The notes under the pieces are model-generated. The model worked only from the letters and a program-made list of their open reading frames with translations. It had not been told where the DNA came from and did no database searches. Below, one piece after another: positions 1 to 13,550 of a stretch of DNA of 64,000 nt. The first letter of the stretch is position 1, and every line of letters begins with the position of its first letter. Source of the stretch: Phoronis australis (Eukaryota; Animalia; Phoronida). Both the position numbers and the translations under genes were made by a program. The stretch lies in assembly GCA_002633005.1 (NCBI GenBank), contig NMRA01000790.1, positions 1 through 64,000 of the forward strand, read 5' to 3'.

Positions 1-1463
1 TCACGGTGTGACAATAACGGACTCTGCGCGTGCGTATTACTGGAATTATTAAGGGAAGTTACTGACAGCAACCCGTTTACCAACATGAAAAGGAATTCTT
101 TAGAATTGTAGGAGAAATTACATATTAATTTTTTGATGACCTTTCCACTAATTGACCTCTTCCGGTGCATTATGAGCCCCGAGGAGGGAGTAATTGTTAA
201 CTCGATTAAAAATGTGGTTAATGCTAATAATCACAGATGTTTTACTTTAAGCACTTCAGAATACAAGATGAATCAAGTGATCAACCTTTCAGAAAAAAAT
301 GCACCTAATGACCTTATGGGTGCACCAAATGACCTGAAAATTTAGAATTCAAACTCAATCGCACTTAGTAAACAGATACCTAATTGTGATGACTCTAGCT
401 CAAAATTTTAGTTTGCACTCAATGACCTTTGAGCTATTTTTTTCTGATTGGTTAGGCCTATTGCAAAGTAAAGTAGGGTATTCAATTGGCATGTTGACTT
501 ACACCAGTGTGCTGAAATTGAAAAGAATTCCTTGAAAAACGTAAGAGATATAACATGTTGAACGTTACATAACCTTTGCACTAATTGACCTTGTCCGGTG
601 CATTTTAAGCATCTTTAGGAAAATTATTGCAAAGCCCCTAGAAAATGTGTTTAACGCTGAGAATCACAGTTGTCTAACGGTTGACACACCAGAATACTTG
701 CTGATTGATAAGGTTAAATTTTCAGAAGAAAAGTGCACCTGATGACCCCATGTTTGCACTAAAAGACTGAAACTTTGGATTCCGAATTGAATTACATATA
801 TCAATCAGACCTGTCAATTTGAAGTGTCTAGCTCAAAATTTTAGTTTGCACCTAATGACCTTTGACCTATTTCACCCGATTACTTAGAAAAGTAATTTTT
901 TAAATTGTCATGTTGACTTATACCAGTGCACCGAATTTGAAAAAGATAGCTTTAAAACTGAAGGAGGAGTAGCAGTTTGAAAATTATATGACCTTTGCAC
1001 CAAACGACCTCTTCCGGTGCAATATGGAATATGATTAAATAACCAATCAAAATTTATCTACTGTCAAAAGTCATATGCTGAATTTAAAGACCGTACCTGC
1101 ACCCAATTTGGAGTTATTAAGCCTCAAATTTGGTCGGCAGAAGAACAAGAAAAAGAATAAGAATAAGAATAAGAATAAGAACAAGAATAAGAATAAGAAC
1201 TAGAAAGATTATTGTCACGGTGTGACAATAACGGACTCTGCGCGTGCGTATTACTGGAATTATTAAGGGAAGTTACTGACAGCAACCCGTTTACCAATAT
1301 GAAAAGGAATTCTTTAGAATTGTAGGAGAAATTACATATTAATTTTTGATGACCTTTCCACTAATTGACCTCTTCCGGTGCATTATGGGCCCCGAGGAGG
1401 AAGTAATTGTTAACTCGATTAAAAGTGTGGTTAATGCTAATAATCACAGATGTTTTACTTTAA
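1..1463. repeat. Tandem repeat with ~1214-bp period, probably a non-autonomous Helitron/Helentron-like (HINE-type) element; second unit cut off by the Kolobok end
   Basis: Bases 1-250 recur almost identically at 1215-1463. An internal subrepeat 'gacctt(t)gcactaattgacctcttccggtgca' occurs near 138, 571 and 990. The unit boundary has an (AATAAG)n microsatellite followed by the hairpin ttattgtcac-ggt-gtgacaataa. The repeat is seen directly; the family is inference. Confidence 0.6.
1141..1200 (+). repeat. (AATAAG)n microsatellite
   Basis: aagaataagaataagaataag... seen directly. Confidence 0.9.
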
Positions 1464-1713
1464 AAGGGAACTGTATTTTATTATTAATAAATTTTGGCTG
1501 GTTTTCTATGAGTTGTTGATTAATTTCACGAATAATTCAACATCAAAAAGTAAACGTACATTTTTTAAATTTACTTTAAAAAATTGGTTGAAAGAGTTCT
1601 GTAACCATCTGCTTTGAGCGCTGCTTCTAGCTACGTATTTGGCGGGGTCAAAGTTAGTCAGCGCCATATTTTAGTGTGGTGTTCGTTGTCGGAATAAGAA
1701 ATTTTATTGTGAA

Positions 1714-2051
1714 ATGTCGGGTCGCCAGGGATATCTGTTTGAGCCTGAAGCAACACAACGTAACACCCAGTCGTCGTCATCGTCAGAAGAAAACAATTTT
1801 GTACAACCATCTTGCGTCTGTAATTTACACTGGTGTGACTGTGGGCAATGCGGACTCATGCCCTCAGAACTCGAATGCGTTTGCTGCCTTGAAAAAAGTG
1901 AGTTCAACGTGAAGAAATCTTCAACTCAAAATTGCCTTTGTGATACGGAAGACTTCAAGAAAGTGTGCCTTGAGCCTGTTGTCTTGGAGGTCATGTTGGT
2001 TTCTTTGAGAGAATTGATTAGAGAACAACTCAGAGGAACAATCACAAACAG
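1714..2051 (+). CDS. KolX: KolX (P2X7 C-terminal-like Cys-rich protein), exon 1
   Basis: MSGRQGYLFEP...WCDCGQCGLMPSELECVCCLE...F.KVCL...VL matches the YxFEP and WCxCGxC..M...ECxCC motifs. Donor AG|gttagt, phase 2. Confidence 0.85.
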
Positions 2052-2938
2052 GTTAGTTGATCATGTCTGCAGCAGGTGACCTTTCCTTTTTGCAGTGGTT
2101 AGTTATAATCCGCTCACCGACTAAGAGGTTTTCACATCGTCAAAAATATATTTTACCCTTAAAATTATCACTTAAAAGGATGTTACTTTATTAGACTATC
2201 CTTTCTGATTCTGTGCAAATTTTCGATGAAGCATGTCTGTGGGAATTAGTACGACTTTGGCGAAGAATTCCAACTCCACTTTATTGGTCGCCGTTAAATT
2301 TTTTACCGCGCGCGCCATAACCACAACGTATTTCAGCTGAGTCACGTGAGTTAGGCAAAGGCTAGCGCGAGACTGACGCGTGACACTTGTAAAATAGCAT
2401 GACAGATAACGGGTCGAATTTGTAAGATTTGTGTTGCTTGGATTTTTATTCGTCAACAGGCGTGATTTCACGTAACTTCCTCATAATGGCACCCGGTGAG
2501 AGAAACTCGAGCGAACTGCGACAGGTTTTCATGGACAGATTTTCATGGACATGTTCAAGTTATGTTGACTAAATAATTTACAGTCATGGTATAAGTCAAT
2601 AAATCCCGGTGCATGTACGCATATTTCATTCGATTTTATTCACTGCATTTTCTGATGAGTAACTATGAGGCTGGAATATCGCATCTCACCAGCATGCCTG
2701 CAACATTCATAGCGATGGAATTGCCTAGGATAGAAGTAGATCTACAAAGTTGGGAGAGGGTTGACATTAGTTGGAGTGCACTTTGCAATGAGGAAGCCAC
2801 TTCCCCGTTATTTTTCATTACAATAAAACCCCTACTCACAGCTGGCGCAGGTTATTTTGGAGATCGAAACTCTTATTTTTTGTTTAAATATAGCTGCTGT
2901 TGTTAGCTTCAACAATTTATTTTCATTATTTGTTACAG

Positions 2939-3116
2939 ACAGTATAGGTATGCAGCGTACAGGAGCTTTACATGGTGGATCTATGGGAGACTAGGACGAA
3001 AAACCAGAAAAGTCATACCAGCCTGCTGTGTTCTCGCAATCAGGAAAAAGTTCCCGGCACCAGATGGTGTCTGTGAAGGATATGCAGATCCAGAGCTATC
3101 TGATGATGAACTGTAG
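2939..3116 (+). CDS. KolX: KolX exon 2 (spliced protein 171 aa, open frame)
   Basis: Acceptor tgttacag|A is phase-compatible with exon 1. It translates RQYRYAAYRSFTWWIYGRLGRKTRKVIPACCVLAIRKKFPAPDGVCEGYADPELSDDEL*, matching the R..AYR...W....LG...R..IPxC....IR..FP motif. Not in the ORF track. Confidence 0.85.
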
Positions 3117-3991
3117 TTTTACAAATTTCACATAATTTTTGACATGATGTTTCTTCTACTGTCAGGTAAATCACACTGATGGTCCACCTTTGAAAGTCAA
3201 TTGTGTCACGGGCTAAAATTAAACTTTCTGGTCACTTAACAAATGCAAACTGAGTCTCGGCGTGTGCAATGGGATATTTAGTTGTGCAAAATAAGAAACA
3301 TTCATCAAAATCTAACCATGTTTGATAAATATATGCATTCTCTTCTCTCTATTTCACACATTTTATCGTTATGAGTGGCAATTTTAAAAATTCAAATTTT
3401 TAATGGTCAAAAATTGACAATTTTATGTCATAAAATATGCAATTGTTTTGATTTGATTAGGAATAACTCAAAGCACTCTCAGAGTCTCTTAGATGATGTT
3501 GTACTTCATCATTCAGAAGTTGTAAGGTTTTTTCTAAAACTGAATGTGGTTGCAAAATTTGTTATTTCTGTGTTTTTAGCCTCACCTACAGCAGTGGATG
3601 GTAAAAAGTAAAGTTAAAACAAAACAGCAGAATATATTAGCCTAGGCAACACAGCATATTATTCAATATCCAAGCAAACCAAAAGTTTGGTAATTCTATT
3701 GAAGAATGTTGGTAAAGGGCCAAAGGCTAAAAAAATGAAATGTTCGTACCCTCAAGTGAATTTCGTTAACATAAATGGTGATTGCAAATGAAAACGTTGC
3801 CTTTTAAATAACAATATGGCACTTATCATCATGAAAGACAAATAAATGACCATAAAACATAATGTTATATTGTGATGCAGAAACAAAGCTGCATTGTTCA
3901 TACCATGATTTTAATAAATGACATATTACTTGGTAAGTGAGTAACGTCGATCACCGACAGTTTCCTACCTAAAAATGTTAGGTTAAAAGGA

Positions 3992-4837
3992 TTTTTATTA
4001 TGCGCCCACATGTGTGGGTGCACATTGCCGTCATCAGTGGTTCTCTGCCGCTGTATCTTCATAAACCCCTCATAGGATCTTGATGAGATTTGGCATATGT
4101 ATTTCTATGAAGCTTACGATGGATGCTGACAAAATGAATGCCTATCCCAGTACTGGTGTGCCCCCTAGTGGTAATTTAAAATTTTTCTCTGTATCTTCAG
4201 AGGTCCTCAACTTATTTTTATAAAACATGTCAGATAGGCATCTACTAGTGAGATGACGCTAGGTATCCTTACATTGTCAGATGGATTCTAGGTATTTTGC
4301 ACCACATAGTGGCCATTTTTACTCTTCAAGTCTGTTTTTGGCGTCTGCCCCCCTGCCAAATATATATAAATGTTCATACTGTGAAGAGGATGGCTGACAA
4401 TGATTTTCTGACGACTTTGACTATCATGGCTCCTCATAGTGGATGTTTTGTTTGTTTTTCGCCCATTGCTGTATCTCCTGAGTACTCTGTAGGATCTTTA
4501 TTAAATTTAGCAAGTGTACTTATATGAAGTTGACAACGGAAGATGATGACTGACAGTTTCATTGTTTACTCTGTTTCTGTGAACTTCCCTGATGATTTTC
4601 ATGAAATTTGGTATATGACTTTCTATTAAGGAAATGATAACATGTTCCTGTTCTTGAATGGATTCGATTTATGGACTTTTGTGGAGCCTCCTATTGGCAG
4701 TTTTTTTATCAAAGATTGTATCTCTCTAATCTGCAGCAGGATAATTATTAAATTTATGATAAAAATAAACACTCTTAGATGCAAACCGTTCGTGATGCAG
4801 TCCAAAGCGCATTACAATGCTCCACGTTGCTTTTGTT
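3992..4837. mobile_element. Degenerate non-autonomous HINE/Helentron-like element nested in the Kolobok
   Basis: Starts tttttattatgcgcccaca..tgggtgcac (hairpin). Internal repeated 'tgatgagatttggcatatg / tcatgaaatttggtatatg' motifs. Ends gcgcattacaatgc...ttttgtt. Boundaries are approximate and the family is inferred. Confidence 0.35.
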
Positions 4838-7451
4838 ACCAATGCTTTTGTTTTGAGTGAAATATTTGCATTGGTATAGTGTTTATAACACTAAATTTTA
4901 ACATGGCTGTTTTCAACGAATGACACATGAATTGGATAAAAGTGTACTAAAATGTTTACCATGATGCACAATAATTAACAGCCAAATTTCATTTACGTCT
5001 TAAATGGTCTCCAAGATATGGCGCTTTGAAATATTGGAGGCCACGCCCATTTCTTTCTGGCCCTCGCGAGTTGAAATCCGATGTTGGAGGCTTCCAACTT
5101 CAAATGTTTGTGTTGATTGACAGTATATTCGATCACTAGTATTCACCCAACAAATCTCATAACTGAACAGAGTGGGTATTGTTATCACGAATCCTGAATT
5201 TTACAGTTGAATAGCCTCAGAATTTTATATGAAAGCAATTAGGCACTTTAAATGACAAAAAAATTATACTCTTGTTTTTAACTTTAAAAAGTAATAAATA
5301 ATACATTTTGACGGTCAGTGTTGGAGTTATGTGGCACTAAAAAGTAACTCATACTTGTCATTAATCTGCAGTTTTTAATGACCCACTTGTGTATAATGAT
5401 TAACAAAAATAATGCATCTTCATGGTCATTACATTGGTTATAAGTCTTGATCGTTTTCAGCCTAAAGTTATTGGGTTTACTCTATGCTTGGACATAAAAA
5501 GTTTTAAAGTACATAATGATGTGATATAAAATGACAACTGTGGATGAGTGTCCATACAGTTGGATATTGTTTCGAGACTCAGCACCACTTTTATTCCTAA
5601 AGCATGGTACAAGTATATTGCTGAAATTAATGGCAATGTTGCAATAGACAAAGTTTTTATTGTTATATTTTGCTGAAATTAATTTGTTTATCGGGCAGGA
5701 TGCTGTTCAAGAGTTCCATTGGAACAATTCCCAAGCATGCGTTATTTCTGAAAGTGTGGACCTTCATTGTGATTTACGCGTTTGCATAGCACCCATGAGT
5801 GAAGCATTGTTATATGGTGGACCTTTACAATTTTGCCATCTGTGATTCATATTTCATTTTTCTGCGTACGCATATTCATATGTGTGTGCATATTGCCATC
5901 ATCTGTCTGGGCTTCTGGATTTCCTAAACCTAGTCTATGAGAGAGACGACACCACCTTCCTATTTTTTGCAAGGTATAACCCATTATGAACCATCTAATG
6001 GCCACTTCGTGATACCGATGAACACCCCTAGAAGCATATGTACTGTTGCGGTGCAATTATAGGTGCATTTCAACACTATGCATTGCTCTTGTGTAAGTGA
6101 AAAGCCTTACTATTCATTATATACTCATCATAGGTGTTACATGTATGTAGAGCTAGGTTTTATCGGCTGTTTGGCATTTTCATAGAGGCTGCCTTTGTAG
6201 CTGTTAACTCTTTATTAGCAGGTTGTTGAATCTACAGTAGAATAGGAGAAAGAAACAGACAAGTAATATCGACATGCTGTGTCATTGCAATCGGTAAGGG
6301 CTGTTCCAGCAAAATCCGTATGTTAGGGGGGAAGGCAGATGAAAAATATTAATGGGTGGACAACTTTATAGCAGACACCTGTTGTGCAACCAAATTAGAA
6401 TGAAAATTACAGCAACATTGAACTGGTTTTAACACATTTTAGAAATTCTTAATAATTTCTTAATAACAATTATGAGTCATATAGACAAATTCCAATATTC
6501 CGTGGGCCTGCCATTTTTTGCCTGTCAATTATCCCAAGAAGCAGTTGACAGATCATGATGAAATTTGGTATAGAGGTACTTGGCAGGGATGCACCAGCAC
6601 CAGTCAAATGTTGAGAACAGATTTGGCTAATGTGGTAATCCATGCTGGCGGTTTTACTTTCTTACAATCCATTTTTTGTGTGGTGTTTCTCAAAAACTGC
6701 TTGATAGATCACAATCAAATTCGATGCAGAGGTATATGATAATGCATCTGCACCAGTCAATTTCTGGACACATTTGGCTGCCATTGCACCCCGGTGGCCA
6801 TTTTACTTTTTGACAAGACAGGTTGTCACAAAAACTGCTAGGCACAACTGGATGAAATTTGGCACAAAGATATATGTCCGTGATTGATGCACTGACAGCA
6901 GTCAATTTTCGTTTCAATTTGACCACCCTACTGTCTGCTCCAGGTTTCGTTATATGACAAGACACATAGTAACAGATCATGATGTGTGACCTAGAGGCAG
7001 TTTGTTTACACGTGTTGCTCCCTATATTACGAATTTTAAAGTAATGAGTACAACATACATTTTACTGGCACAGCCCTAAGAGATTTCTTACACCAAAGTG
7101 TGAATACCAAGGAAACAGTGATCCCATGTCTGACACCAGGCTGTAGCAATGACATAGTTTTGAGTTATTTACATTGATGTCAACAGTTTTACTACCATAG
7201 CCTTTTGTACATAGATTTCAGAACTTTATCATACAGTTTCATCAACATTTAAGAACTTGTTTTAATAAATACCTGTATAACCATATCAGGTCTCTGCAGT
7301 CATTTTAATATAAGTAAACATAACTGCTGCATTTACACAATTCGGCTTCAGGGAATGTGGACTTTTAAAGACTACAAAACCCATTTGCTAGTAGACAGGT
7401 CAGCCTCGTTGGTTTTGCTTGTTGACTTTCTGTATCTGACACTGATGATCA

Positions 7452-7576
7452 TCAGTTTCTGAATCGTGACACATGATTGCTGATGGCTTCTTCTTTAGAT
7501 GGCCTCTCCTCACTTCCAATTGATCGGTTAGCTAACTCGGGCACTTTGATGCAATCTTTCTGGCATGCTACAACTC
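7452..7576 (-). CDS. Kolobok transposase, terminal exon
   Basis: Acceptor ttttcaacag|GA, phase 1, matching the previous donor. Translates GVVACQKDCIKVPELANRSIGSEERPSKEEAISNHVSRFRN*, a P.KEE.I..H.SRF-type C-terminus. Confidence 0.75.
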
Positions 7577-7955
7577 CTGTTGAAAAGAAGTTTTCTGATA
7601 AAAATTAAAGAAGTGATTTTAAAACTAACCAATATTAAGAAAATGCTGAACAAAACTGGAGGCAAGCCAGAAATCAAAATGAAATTCTCTTCTAAAATGT
7701 ATACACAGTTCTACAATTTCACCCGGTGCTCCTTCACAGTAGTTATTTATTTAAAAAAATTAAGTAGCTGGTTAAACAATGTCACACACTATACCTCGAA
7801 TGATCCTTCATTTTCGGGACCAAAGCAGAAAGTATGAGTTATCCATTTGATGGTTTATTTAAAAAAAGTCACTATTGACAAAACGATGGTTTATGCTATG
7901 AGGGAATATCCAAGGTATGCTTACATTGCCAAGTTGTATGTTCAAAAGGTATTAC

Positions 7956-10900
7956 CTTCCTCCACCCTGTCAATGACAGCATCCATCAGACTGTCCCTGA
8001 ATGAATATTTCTTGGCCACGGTGATTTTTTTTACAATGTACGACTTGCTGGCCTTCGACCATTGCATTTTCCAGCGAGGCACTCCCCCCTTTGTCATGGC
8101 CTGGACTCTGTCCACATTGAGGTTGTTGTCCAGGGCTGCCAACATGGTGCGTGCTACATTTCCTTCATAGCTGAAGGATATCCTTTTGGGGACATACTTC
8201 AAGAGCACATTGTGATACACCTCCAAGTTCCCAGTATGGCAAAACTTAGTGAGCTGTAACAAAAATACATGAATCATAAAATAATTACCTGCACATCAAC
8301 ACAGGTACAATAGTTGTGTATGCATCTGTGAGCAAAAATTCAGATTTAAAAAGACGTGGTTTTGGAGGTGAAAAGTGCAATTAAAATTATCTCTATGAAA
8401 TTGAAAAAGAACTCTCTAAAATATATGTAAATCATTTGAAAATTTGCTGAAAGTGTTTCCTCCAAAATTTCGCCAATTCTCAACAAAAATTACTTTGCCT
8501 GGACTAGACATTAAATAAATAAAGCAGTGTTTTCACAAGATGGCTATAGTTGTGGAATGGTGACAACCGTTTTGCAGTTGTCTGGCCCCGACTCCTATGA
8601 GATTAATAGATAGAAAATAACAGACAAGTAACATAATAAAAAAATTCACCATTTCAAGCTAACATCAACAGTTGCATTAACCAGAGTTTTCAATGTGTAT
8701 ATTTACCTGTTTCATGTCCTTCAACAAGGTTCTGTCAGTGACAATGGCCTGTAAAGCCTTGTGTGCAGGTGATCCAGGTTTCAACCAGGCTCTCTCAATA
8801 TCGGGCTCGTGCTCACACATGTGAAACTTCGCTGATGCTGTCCATGAATGCATGTTCACAACATGCCTCAAAATTGACGTCCAGCGCTCCTGTGAAGAAA
8901 AATAATCTGTAGTTTCAATTAGCTTGGGATTTGAAGCAGTCAACAACTGTCAGAGTAGTATTTAGTATCATGATCAGTCCAGTTGTCAAAAAATGGTGCA
9001 TGTCACTGTTGAAAGTAACATGAACTGTTCTAGTGATGTCATACATCAAAATCTGACACAGTGGTTTTTGAGGTGTCACATCGTCCAGAAAAAGTGACTA
9101 CACTATTTGACCACATAAATACATGTGGGCGGATAAAAATGAGAAAATTACCTCCTCAATGAATGTTTGTGCAAAGCAAACACAAAAATATGGGCAAGGT
9201 ACGGTGTAAGGCAATTAATCATAATTTCAATTATAACTTGTTTTACAGTAAATTTTGACTGTATTTTTCTTTATGTGAAAGATAAAACACCTTCAACTCC
9301 ACACCATCTCCATTGCATGTTTCGGCACTCCACCAAAAATGATTCACAATTGACTTCACCCATGGCTGAAGCTCACGGTTCTCAGCTTTTTTTTGCAGCT
9401 CTGGTCAGCTTCTTGCCCACTCCTTTGCCTGTGTGCCACACATCAAACTGGTGGTCCGTGTCTGGATACTTTTCCTATATCTCTTTTGCAATCTGTGGGT
9501 GGCGGTCGGTAGCCAAGATCTGAATACGAATATCAGCGTCCTGAAGTTATACAAAATGCTAACCCTGATCAAGTTTTTAATTGGCAGAAGATGAGGGGGT
9601 AGCTATATAACTGTTGATAACACAGGACCATTACGAAGATCAAGGTATGACGGGAGTCTCGCGGCTACCATTGCTGACATTGGAGCACTTTATATTTAAA
9701 ATAAATCATGGAGTTAAAACTGANCTTGATACGAATATCAGCGTCCTGAAGTTATACAAAATGCTAACCATTATCAAGTTTTTAATTGGCAGAAGAGGAG
9801 GGGGTAGCTATATAACTGTTGATAACACAGGACCATTACGAAGATCAAGGAATGACGGGAGTCTCGCGGCTACCATTGCTGACATTGGAGCACTTTATAT
9901 TTAAAATAAATCATGGAGTTAAAACTGAACTGTAGGCAGTAATATGGATGACAAAAACAGTATCAAATCCTTACAGTTAAATCTTGAATGCATCGCCTCA
10001 AGCCCTCAATCTCCATATTATATGAGTTATTGACTTCAGTCACTTTGACCACGTTGGTAGTTAGCACCTGATTTCCTGTTGGCTCCATCAAGGTGTATGT
10101 CCCATATGTTGCGCAGTGACCTGGGCTGTCGCACCGACCATCCCCAATAACAACCACGCCATCTGGTCCTCTAAATTCTTGTTGTCAAAAAATTAGATGC
10201 ACTAGATTTGTGTAAAGTACAGTAGTTTTTAAAGAGTTGATGAATTTTCTAAAAATTCTTTGTCAAAGTTCTGGTAATAAAAAATAAAGAAAACATAAAA
10301 ATATTAGCATATCCTATGAAAATTAGCAGCTTAATTATTTTGTCCAAAATTTCGATGAGAACATATTTTTTGGCATTTTTTAAACAGCTGTATGTATCCA
10401 TTTGTAAAAATAGGCACTCAACAGACAATGTTCTAGTGGAGATACCACGTGACCTTCGTACACACTTCAATCCAATCATGAGAAGTCAAACATTTCATTT
10501 TGTTCCAGTACTTCTGAACAATAGACTAGAATTGATAATTAATAGCGTATTACAATCCCTATGGATTTATTTGGAGAAATCAACCACTATTCATTGACTG
10601 CCATTCTATAATGGCACTGCGATATGTGATACTGCTGGATAACAACGACATCGCAGTATCGTTGACATTATTGAAGAATGCTGTTGACATCATGCAACAA
10701 TAGAAGTTATGCAATGGATAACTTTTGAAGTAATCTTAGACTCAGGCTGATGTCTGTATGTTTTTTAAACAACTGAAAATGTAAATGTGAACATTTTATA
10801 AATTCTTTATATTAATGTTTTGAAAACAAAAATGAGATAGCCTGTTAATTGCTCAATACACACCTGCCAACAACACTTGTTGATGATACACCCACATCTC

Positions 10901-11245
10901 TTTCACGGCTGGCAGGAGGTAGTTCTTTTGTATGTTATAAAACGTCTTCTCACATAAGATTTTCAATCTCAATGTATCCGCAATCTCGGATATTGTACTG
11001 AACGTATTTCCGGAAAACAACACGGATCCGGCCAGCATGATGTTTCCCATGGCTGACTGTCCGATGACTGGCTGGCTTTTCCACACATAAGTGTGGTGGT
11101 TGATACATGTGGCCATAATGACCAACAAAGTCCCTCTATATTTAACATCCAGCTCTACTATCGGTGCACAGCAATTGGGGTCAACAATACATTTGGCAAA
11201 CAATTCTTTTAACGCTGAACCAAATACCAGGTACTGGAAGTTGGT
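7956..11245 (-). pseudogene. Kolobok transposase exons, duplicate copy A (10864-11245, 9975-10177, 9291-9540, 8707-8889, 7956-8253)
   Basis: Motifs GDGRCDSPGH, TDRH, FDVWH, W..SIVNHFWW and HTGNLEVYHN, with GT-AG boundaries. There is an in-frame TAG at 9475-9477 and an A8 run at 9387-9394 where A7 keeps the frame. Confidence 0.8.
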
Positions 11246-11534
11246 NCCAGAAATCAAAATGAAATTCTCTTCTAAAATGTATACACAGTTCTACAATTTC
11301 ACCCGGTGCTCCTTCACAGTAGCTATTTATTTTAAAAAATTAAGTAACTGGTTAAACAATGTCACACACTATACCTCGAATGATCCTTCATTTTCGGGAC
11401 CAAAGCAGAAAGTATGAGTTATCCATTTGATGGTTTATTTAAAAAAGTCACTACTGACAAAACCATGGTTTATGCTATGAGGGAATATCCAAGGTATGCT
11501 TACATTGCCAAGTTGTATGTTCAAAAGGTATTAC

Positions 11535-11832
11535 CTTCCTCCACCCTGTCAATGACAGCATCCATCAGACTGTCCCTGAATGAATATTTCTTGGCGACGG
11601 TGATTTTTTTTACAATGTACGACTTGCTGGCCTTCGACCATTGCATTTTCCAGCGAGGCACTTCCCCCTTTGTCATGGCCTGGACTCTGTCCACATTGAG
11701 GTTGTTGTCCAGGGCTGCCAACATGGTGCGTGCTACATTTCCTTCATAGCTGAAGGATATCCTTTTGGGGACATACTTCAAGAGCACATTGTGAAACACC
11801 TCCAAGTTCCCAGTATGGCAAAACTTAGTGAG
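11535..11832 (-). CDS. Kolobok transposase exon (catalytic E region), copy B
   Basis: ttacag|LTKFCHTGNLEVFHNVLLKYVPKRISFSYEGNVARTMLAALDNN...VEE|gtaata. Confidence 0.85.
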
Positions 11833-12284
11833 CTGTAACCAAAATACACGAATCATAAAATAATTACCTGCACATCAACACAGGTACAATAGTTTTGTAT
11901 GCATCTGTGAGCAAAAATTCAAATTTAAAAAGACGTGGTTTTGGAGGTGAAAAGTGCACTTAAAATTATCTCGATAAAATTGAAAAAGAACTCTCTAAAA
12001 TATATGTAAATCATTTGAAAATTTACTGAAAACTTTTCATCCAAAATTTCACCAATTCTCAACAAAAATTACTTTGCCTGGACTAGACATTAAATAAATA
12101 AACCAGTGTTTTCACAAGATGGCTCTAGTTGTGGAATGGTGACAACCGTTTCGCAGTTGTCTGGCCCCGACTCCTATGAGATTAATAGATAGAAAATAAC
12201 AGAGAAGTAACATAATAAAAAACTCACCATTTCAAGGTAACATCAACAGTTGCATTAACCAGAGTTCTCAAAGTGCATATTTAC

Positions 12285-12464
12285 CTGTTTCATGTCCTTC
12301 AAGGTTCTGTCAGTGACAATGGCCTGTAAAGCCTTGTGTGCAGGTGATCCAGGTTTCAACCAGGCTCTCTCAATATCGGGCTCGTGCTTACACATGTGAA
12401 ACTTCACTGATGCTGTCCATGAATGCATGTTCACAACATGCCTCAAAATTGACGTCCAGCGCTC
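12285..12464 (-). CDS. Kolobok transposase exon, copy B
   Basis: ttcacag|ERWTSILRHVVNMHSW...CKHEP...WLKPGSPAHKALQAIV...KDMKQ|gtaaat. Confidence 0.85.
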
Positions 12465-12870
12465 CTGTGAAGAAAAAATAATCTGATTGTAGTTTCAATT
12501 GGCTTGGGATTTGAAGCAATCAACAACTGTCAGAGTAGTATTTAGTATCATGATCAGTCCAGTTGTCAAAAAATGGTGCATGTCATTGTTGAAAGTAACA
12601 TGAACTGTTCTAGTGATATGTCATACATCAAAATCCGACAGTGGTTTTTGAGGTGTCACATCGCCCAGAAAAAGTGACTACACTATTTGACCACATAAAT
12701 ACATGTGGGCGAAAAAAAATGAGAAAATTACCTCCTCAATGAATGTTTGTGCAAAGCAAACACAAAAATATGGGCAAGGTACGGTGTAAGGCAATTAATC
12801 ATTATTTCAATTATAACTAGTTTTACAGTAAATTTTGGCTGTATTTTTCTTTATGTGAAAGATAAAACAC

Positions 12871-13118
12871 CTTCAACTCCACACCATCTCCATTGCATGT
12901 TTCGGCACTCCACCAAAAATGATTCACAATTGACTTCACCCATGGCTGAAGCTCACGGTTCTCAGCTTTTTTGCAGCTCTGGTCAGCTTGTTGCCCACTC
13001 CTTTGCCTGTGTGCCACACATCAAACTGGTGGTCCGTGTCTGGATGCTTTTCCCGCATCTCTTTTGCAATCTGTGGGTGGCGGTCGGTAGCCAAGATCTT
13101 GATACGAATATCAGCGTC
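12871..13118 (-). CDS. Kolobok transposase exon (TDRH / FDVWH), copy B, with a -1 homopolymer frameshift
   Basis: cttcag|DADIRIKILATDRHPQIAKEMREKHPDTDHQFDVWHTGK...PWVKSIVNHFWWSAETCNGDGVELK|gt. The exon is 248 nt, with A6 at 12967-12972 where A7 keeps the frame. Confidence 0.8.
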
Positions 13119-13347
13119 CTGAAGTTATACAAAATGCTAACCATTATCAAGTTTTTAATTGGCAGAAGAGGAGTGGGTAGCTATATAACTGTTGATAACA
13201 CAGGACCATTACGAAGATCAAGGAATGACGGGAGTTTCGCGGCTACAATTGCTGACATTGGAGCACTTTATATTTAAAATAAATCATGGAGTTAAAACTG
13301 AACTGTAGGCAGTAATATGGATGACAAAAACAGTATCAAATCCTTAC

Positions 13348-13550
13348 AGTTAAATCTTGAATGCATCGCCTCAAGCCCTCAATCTCCATATTATATGAGT
13401 TATTGACTTCAGTCACTTTGACCACGTTGGTAGTTAGCACCTGATTTCCTGTTGGCTCCATCAAGGTGTATGTCCCATATGTTGCGCAGTGACCTGGGCT
13501 GTCGCACCGACCATCCCCAATAACAACCACGCCATCTGGTCCTCTAAATT
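13348..13550 (-). CDS. Kolobok transposase exon (first catalytic D), copy B
   Basis: caag|(E)FRGPDGVVVIGDGRCDSPGHCATYGTYTLM...EVNNSYNMEIEGLRRCIQDLT|gtaagg. Confidence 0.88.

Noticed and set aside
1714-3116. Host P2X7 purinoceptor gene
   Set aside because: Only the C-terminal Cys-rich domain is present, with no transmembrane or ectodomain exons, and it lies inside Kolobok TIRs.
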